Shown: positions 63,925 through 64,000 of the stretch, one piece after another
How positions within the stretch are numbered: the stretch's first letter is position 1
Layout of the letters: each line of letters starts with the position of its first letter
From: Desulfovibrio sp. OttesenSCG-928-C06
Lineage (GTDB): Bacteria; Desulfobacterota; Desulfovibrionia; Desulfovibrionales; Desulfovibrionaceae
Direction: 5' to 3'
NCBI GenBank assembly: GCA_030267065.1
Contig: JAJDJF010000001.1
Location: 16,448 to 80,447 of the forward strand
DNA: 64,000 nucleotides
Notes under the pieces: generated by a model
Seen by the model: the letters and a program-made list of their open reading frames with translations, nothing else
Database searches by the model: none
What the model was told of the DNA's origin: nothing
Translations under genes and position numbers: made by a program

Positions 63925-64000
63925 TTACGAAGGCCTTGGCGTGTTTTCTAACAGGTGTTTTTCAGCCGGAATATCATGTTCTTCCAGATATTCACGCAGG
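63925..64000 (-). CDS. 3' end of an unidentified minus-strand CDS continuing beyond the window
   Basis: The only stop-free minus-strand frame at the window edge (..LREYLEEHDIPAEKHLLENTPRPS*), TAA at 63925-63927. Only 24 sense codons are visible. Confidence 0.3.
   Translation of the reverse strand, partial: LREYLEEHDIPAEKHLLENTPRPS

Overview
The window reads as core chromosome of a moderately GC-rich, Desulfovibrio-like (Desulfovibrionaceae) anaerobe. That lineage call is an inference from gene content only: periplasmic multihaem cytochrome, Desulfovibrio-type porin, stand-alone nifUS, nrdDG and anaerobic-type cobalamin amidases. All calls were made by eye from the ORF translations and the raw sequence; no database search was run. 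I can support about 50 protein genes, nearly all housekeeping. Left to right they are: rpoD 3' end, a split periplasmic flavocytochrome c pair and an orphan acidic protein. Then comes a long minus-strand run: glpX, rho, carD, pth, rplY, prs, tRNA-Gln, ispE, hslV, M48/TPR peptidase, cysS, rpiB, LolB-like lipoprotein, TPR lipoprotein, rpoH. A plus-strand run follows: metH, TlpA-like, GNAT, hpt, zinc-ribbon/DUF3426 protein, radA, clpS, clpA, aat, racemase, uvrB, ligA, dapB, nadE, porin. Next are ACT and paaK (minus), then rsfS, gpmI and a small zinc-ribbon protein (plus). The last minus-strand run is a DUF616-methyltransferase fusion, M16 peptidase, TIGR03960/TIGR03936 radical-SAM fusion, a 116-aa unknown, PaaI thioesterase, nrdG and nrdD. 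The window ends with nifU-nifS (plus) and cobQ, cobB and a 113-aa unknown (minus). RNA and regulatory elements I can see are one tRNA-Gln(UUG), a clear cobalamin riboswitch in the nrdDG leader, a near-consensus Fur box on the porin promoter, a promoter-overlapping palindrome upstream of the cytochrome operon, and about ten hairpin terminators. I found no CRISPR array, transposase, integrase, phage module or recognisable defence or toxin-antitoxin genes. I also do not see a convincing novel multi-gene system. The best leads are: (1) the split Tat-exported flavocytochrome whose active-site motif does not look fumarate-type; (2) RpoH with a ~165-aa N-terminal extension carrying an AT-hook-like GRPRKK motif and an acidic tract; (3) the ispE reading frame terminating inside the tRNA-Gln gene; (4) a structured, repeat-containing 520-bp gene-free spacer next to a stand-alone DUF616-methyltransferase gene; (5) the arrangement small protein, terminator, radical SAM, M16 peptidase; (6) repeated low-complexity insertions or tails in essential enzymes (NrdG, NrdD, CobB, CobQ, IspE, ClpA, ClpS, MetH, NifS).
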